20,608 nt of DNA from Bdellovibrio sp. (lineage in GTDB: Bacteria; Bdellovibrionota; Bdellovibrionia; Bdellovibrionales; Bdellovibrionaceae), in contig JBKCUU010000069.1 in the NCBI GenBank assembly GCA_046318155.1, forward strand, positions 1 to 20,608. Direction: 5' to 3'. Below, one piece after another: positions 17,935 to 20,608 of this stretch. Under the pieces are notes generated by a model, which was not told the DNA's origin, ran no database searches, and saw only the letters and a program-made list of their open reading frames with translations. Position 1 is the first letter of the stretch. The number at the start of each line of letters is the position of its first letter. The position numbers and the translations under genes were made by a program.

Positions 17935-17946
17935 AAATTCCGATAG
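17935..17946 (+). promoter_or_regulatory. Putative sigma-28 (FliA)-type -10 element
   Basis: AAATTCCGATAG, with CAAAGG upstream at 17918-17923 (about -35 spacing); ends 6 nt before ATG 17953; no SD sequence. Confidence 0.45.
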
Positions 17947-17952
17947 ATAAGC

Positions 17953-18921
17953 ATGGGATACCCCGTTCTCGCGGACCATTTTTTTCAGGACCAGCGCCCC
18001 ACCCGTGAGTTTTTTGCACGGCTCAAAGAGCGTGGGCCGTGGAGCCCTTCACTTTTGCCCATATACGAGTGGCAAGGAATTCTCTTTGTGGCGTTTAGCA
18101 ATTTAGACGATGTGGCCATTGCTCAGGACTGGTGCCCCGTTCAAGCTAACCCGAGCTTGATGATGGAACTCTATTTTGATCTCACCACCGAAGCCTCGGT
18201 GATCCAAGACCCGGCCGCCCTCGAATTGCTGGCGGACGAGGCACCCACGGTGCCGCCCGGAGCTCCCAGCGAAGACGACTTTGGCGGTCTCGATTTGTCC
18301 CCCGACGAAGAAAAACTCAAGCCGCAGGCGAGCGAAAAAACTGAACCGGCGGTGGACTTAACCGCACTCACGAAGGCAACGCCGCCGCCGCCGCCGCTTC
18401 CCGAATTCGATGATCTTTCACTGACGCCAAATCCAGCGACCTCTGCAACTCCTCTACCCGCAGCAGGCGGGCTCTTGCCAGATTCATCCGTCGAAACCGA
18501 GCTGTGGAGTAAAATGTCGCAGTATTTTGAGGCTTCGATGATTTGTCTTTTTCAAAAAGGGCAAGTTCTTCCTGTCAGTTGGTCACCGAACTTGAAGAAC
18601 GGGCCCGCTCAGGCAAAGACGTATTCAACGCTTAAAGCGTCACCCTTTCGGATCGTGGCCCGAACTCAAAAGCCTTATCACGGGTACCTGGTTCCCAATG
18701 AAATCAGCGATACGTTCTTTCGTGAATGGACGCAAGGCACATACCCCGAACACTTGACGATGAGTCCGATCTTGTCCGGCGAATTGATTGTTGGCTTCTT
18801 GATGGGCTGGGGAAAATCATCAGCCGGAACAAAAGACGCGCTCACACTTTGCGAAACCTCAGCAAAACAAATCAGCTCTCTCGCGCTGAAATACGCCGAA
18901 ACGAATTTCGTGGCCGCTTAA
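17953..18921 (+). CDS. Hypothetical protein: T2SSE_N-like N-domain, acidic/Pro-rich linker, GAF-like C-domain
   Basis: 322-aa ORF filling the gap between iscS and tsaE; an in-frame TAG at 17944-17946 fixes the start. Domain calls were made by eye from GYPVL...LLPIYEWQGILFVA and HLTMSPILSGELIVGFLMGWG. Confidence 0.75.
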   Translation: MGYPVLADHFFQDQRPTREFFARLKERGPWSPSLLPIYEWQGILFVAFSNLDDVAIAQDWCPVQANPSLMMELYFDLTTEASVIQDPAALELLADEAPTVPPGAPSEDDFGGLDLSPDEEKLKPQASEKTEPAVDLTALTKATPPPPPLPEFDDLSLTPNPATSATPLPAAGGLLPDSSVETELWSKMSQYFEASMICLFQKGQVLPVSWSPNLKNGPAQAKTYSTLKASPFRIVARTQKPYHGYLVPNEISDTFFREWTQGTYPEHLTMSPILSGELIVGFLMGWGKSSAGTKDALTLCETSAKQISSLALKYAETNFVAA

Positions 18922-19361
18922 AGCTTTTGCCAAGCCAAGTGACGCCGCAAACCCGAATCCACTTTTGAAATTTTGAGTGTTATTTTGTTTCTGGCCCTAG
19001 GCCAATACTGAACGGGTACACGCTCGGGCCACTCGATCAAGACCAGGGATTCTGGATCTTCAAGAATATCCCATAAGCCGATCGACTCAAGCTCGTCGGC
19101 ACTTTCAAGGCGGTACAGATCAAAATGATCGATTTTTTTTAGCGAAGATTGCATCGCATGATGAAGCGCAAACGTGGGCGAGACGGCTCCCTCAAATCCA
19201 TAGAGACGCGAAAGTCGCTTCACGAACTCGGTTTTGCCCGCGCCCATGTCCCCAGAAATCAAAACAATTTCATTTCCTTGCAAAGACTTTTGAAAGAGCT
19301 GGATCCAACTCTGAAAAGACTCAAGATCTGAAATTTCAACAGAGCCGGAGGAGCCCAGCAT
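18918..19361 (-). CDS. tsaE: t6A biosynthesis ATPase TsaE (YjeE)
   Basis: Walker A GDMGAGKT, SPTF, HFDLYRL and IEWPE motifs. Start ATG 19361 overlaps the pdxJ stop (TAATG). Confidence 0.93.
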   Translation of the reverse strand: MLGSSGSVEISDLESFQSWIQLFQKSLQGNEIVLISGDMGAGKTEFVKRLSRLYGFEGAVSPTFALHHAMQSSLKKIDHFDLYRLESADELESIGLWDILEDPESLVLIEWPERVPVQYWPRARNKITLKISKVDSGLRRHLAWQKL

Positions 19362-20113
19362 TAACGCGATTCCAAGATGCGCGCCATCTTCGCGACGGAC
19401 TCTTGCAAACCCCACTCAAGTGAATAGCAAATCAAGGAGTGGCCGATATTGACTTCTTCAAGAAAAGGCAGTTTTTTTATTGCGCGTGTCGTTTTCAAAT
19501 CAAGACCGTGACCCGCATGCACTTGCAAACCTAAGTCATTTGCCGCTTCTGCGGCCGCTTTCAACCGAGCCCATTCTTTGGCTCGCCGAGCCCCTTTAAG
19601 CAAAACCCAGTGGCCCGTGTGAAGTTCAACCGCCTCGGCGCCCATCTCGTAAGAGGCCTCGACTTGTTCAATCGACGGCTCAATAAACATCGAAATTTCG
19701 ATTCCGATCCGCTGCAAACGATCCACCATGGGACCCAGCGTAGATTTCATTTTTTGAACATCGAGGCCACCTTCGGTCGTGAGTTCTTCGCGCTTTTCTG
19801 GCACGAAGCAGACCCACTCAGGCTTATACTTGAGCGCTTTTTTAACCATCTCGGGGGTTGCGGCCATTTCAAGATTGATCGGCGCCGGACGATTTTGTGT
19901 CAACAGCTTGACATCCATTTCTTGAATGTGGCGGCGGTCTTCACGCAAGTGAATGGTGATCTGCTGGGCGCCACCTTTGACCGAGAGACGTGCGATCGAC
20001 AAAAGATCGGGGTACGCGGTCGTTCCGCCGCGCACTTGCCTGAGCGTGGCTGCGTGATCAATATTGACGCCTAATCGAATTTTTTTTTGTTTTGTCATCA
20101 TCTTGATCTTCAT
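19361..20113 (-). CDS. pdxJ: Pyridoxine 5'-phosphate synthase
   Basis: LGVNIDH.ATLRQ, HLREDRRHI, VPEKREELTTEGGLD, ELHTG, HAGHGL and NIGH motifs. Start among 20116/20113/20101/20098. Confidence 0.96.
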   Translation of the reverse strand: MKIKMMTKQKKIRLGVNIDHAATLRQVRGGTTAYPDLLSIARLSVKGGAQQITIHLREDRRHIQEMDVKLLTQNRPAPINLEMAATPEMVKKALKYKPEWVCFVPEKREELTTEGGLDVQKMKSTLGPMVDRLQRIGIEISMFIEPSIEQVEASYEMGAEAVELHTGHWVLLKGARRAKEWARLKAAAEAANDLGLQVHAGHGLDLKTTRAIKKLPFLEEVNIGHSLICYSLEWGLQESVAKMARILESR

Positions 20114-20608
20114 CACTCGACCGAAAGTTGCTTTTCAAGAAAGTCAGCGATGGTCTCGGCATGAGTGGCAATTTCGCGCTTATCCGGCCCCTCGACCAAC
20201 ACTCGGAGAACGGGCTCCGTCCCTGAAAATCGAACGAACACGCGTCCGCTGTTTCCGAGTTTTGTCTCGATGCCTTTAATCAATTCACGGTATCCCGGAA
20301 GCAGGTCCAGCTCTTTGCGGCGCTTGACTCGGCAATTGATCAAAACCTGAGGGACATCTTCAATGATTTTGTTGAGCTCGCTGAGTTTCACACCCGTTTG
20401 GCGCATGACCGCGAGCACACTGAGCGCGGCAATACAGCCATCACCCGTTGTTGTGTGGTCCAAAAAGATAATGTGGCCCGACTGCTCGCCGCCCAGATTG
20501 TAACCATTTTTGCGCATTTCTTCGACGACGTACTTATCGCCGACACCTGTCTTAATCAGCTGAATGCCGGCCTCTTTCATCTTTTTTTCAAGACCGTAGT
20601 TGCTCATT
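20113..20608 (-). CDS. glmM: Phosphoglucosamine mutase, C-terminal part (5' end outside window)
   Basis: MSNYGLE, VGDKYV, sugar-binding GGEQSGH, TTGDG and RFSGTEPVLRVLVEG motifs. Confidence 0.93.
   Translation of the reverse strand, partial: MSNYGLEKKMKEAGIQLIKTGVGDKYVVEEMRKNGYNLGGEQSGHIIFLDHTTTGDGCIAALSVLAVMRQTGVKLSELNKIIEDVPQVLINCRVKRRKELDLLPGYRELIKGIETKLGNSGRVFVRFSGTEPVLRVLVEGPDKREIATHAETIADFLEKQLSVE

Noticed and set aside
18382..18396. (CCG)5 microsatellite
   Set aside because: Simply encodes the PPPPP linker; short and in frame.
1..20608. CRISPR arrays, tRNA/rRNA, IS elements, prophage or defence genes
   Set aside because: No spaced direct repeats, RNA-gene signatures, transposase/integrase or defence motifs seen; intergenic spaces are all under ~155 bp.

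Overview
A compact, ~50% GC bacterial core-genome window, almost all on the minus strand. No rRNA, tRNA, CRISPR array or mobile element is recognisable. The gene set and protein style suggest a Bdellovibrionota or deltaproteobacteria-like organism (inference, not verified). In transcription order on the minus strand there are three blocks. (1) glmM (partial)-pdxJ-tsaE. (2) A tightly coupled tRNA-modification and ribosome-biogenesis operon: cysteine desulfurase-mnmA-mtaB-rnc-era-der-NSS transporter. (3) A lipoprotein S9 peptidase followed by a purine operon, purM-purN-(425-aa unknown)-purB-purC-purS-purQ-purL. Two lone plus-strand genes interrupt these blocks: an outer-membrane beta-barrel protein and a T2SSE_N-like/Pro-acidic linker/GAF-like protein. 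Both have the same 10-mer, AAATTCCGAT (sigma-28-like -10), just before their ATG and lack a Shine-Dalgarno. Other notable points are a degenerate Rossmann-fold protein embedded in the pur operon, a C-type (Fe-S) MnmA, a perfect CTGTCTCA-N3-TGAGACAG palindrome, and a purL that stops halfway at a GATC next to a GC jump at the window edge (probable assembly chimera). I found no clear-cut novel multi-gene system; the candidates below are hypotheses.
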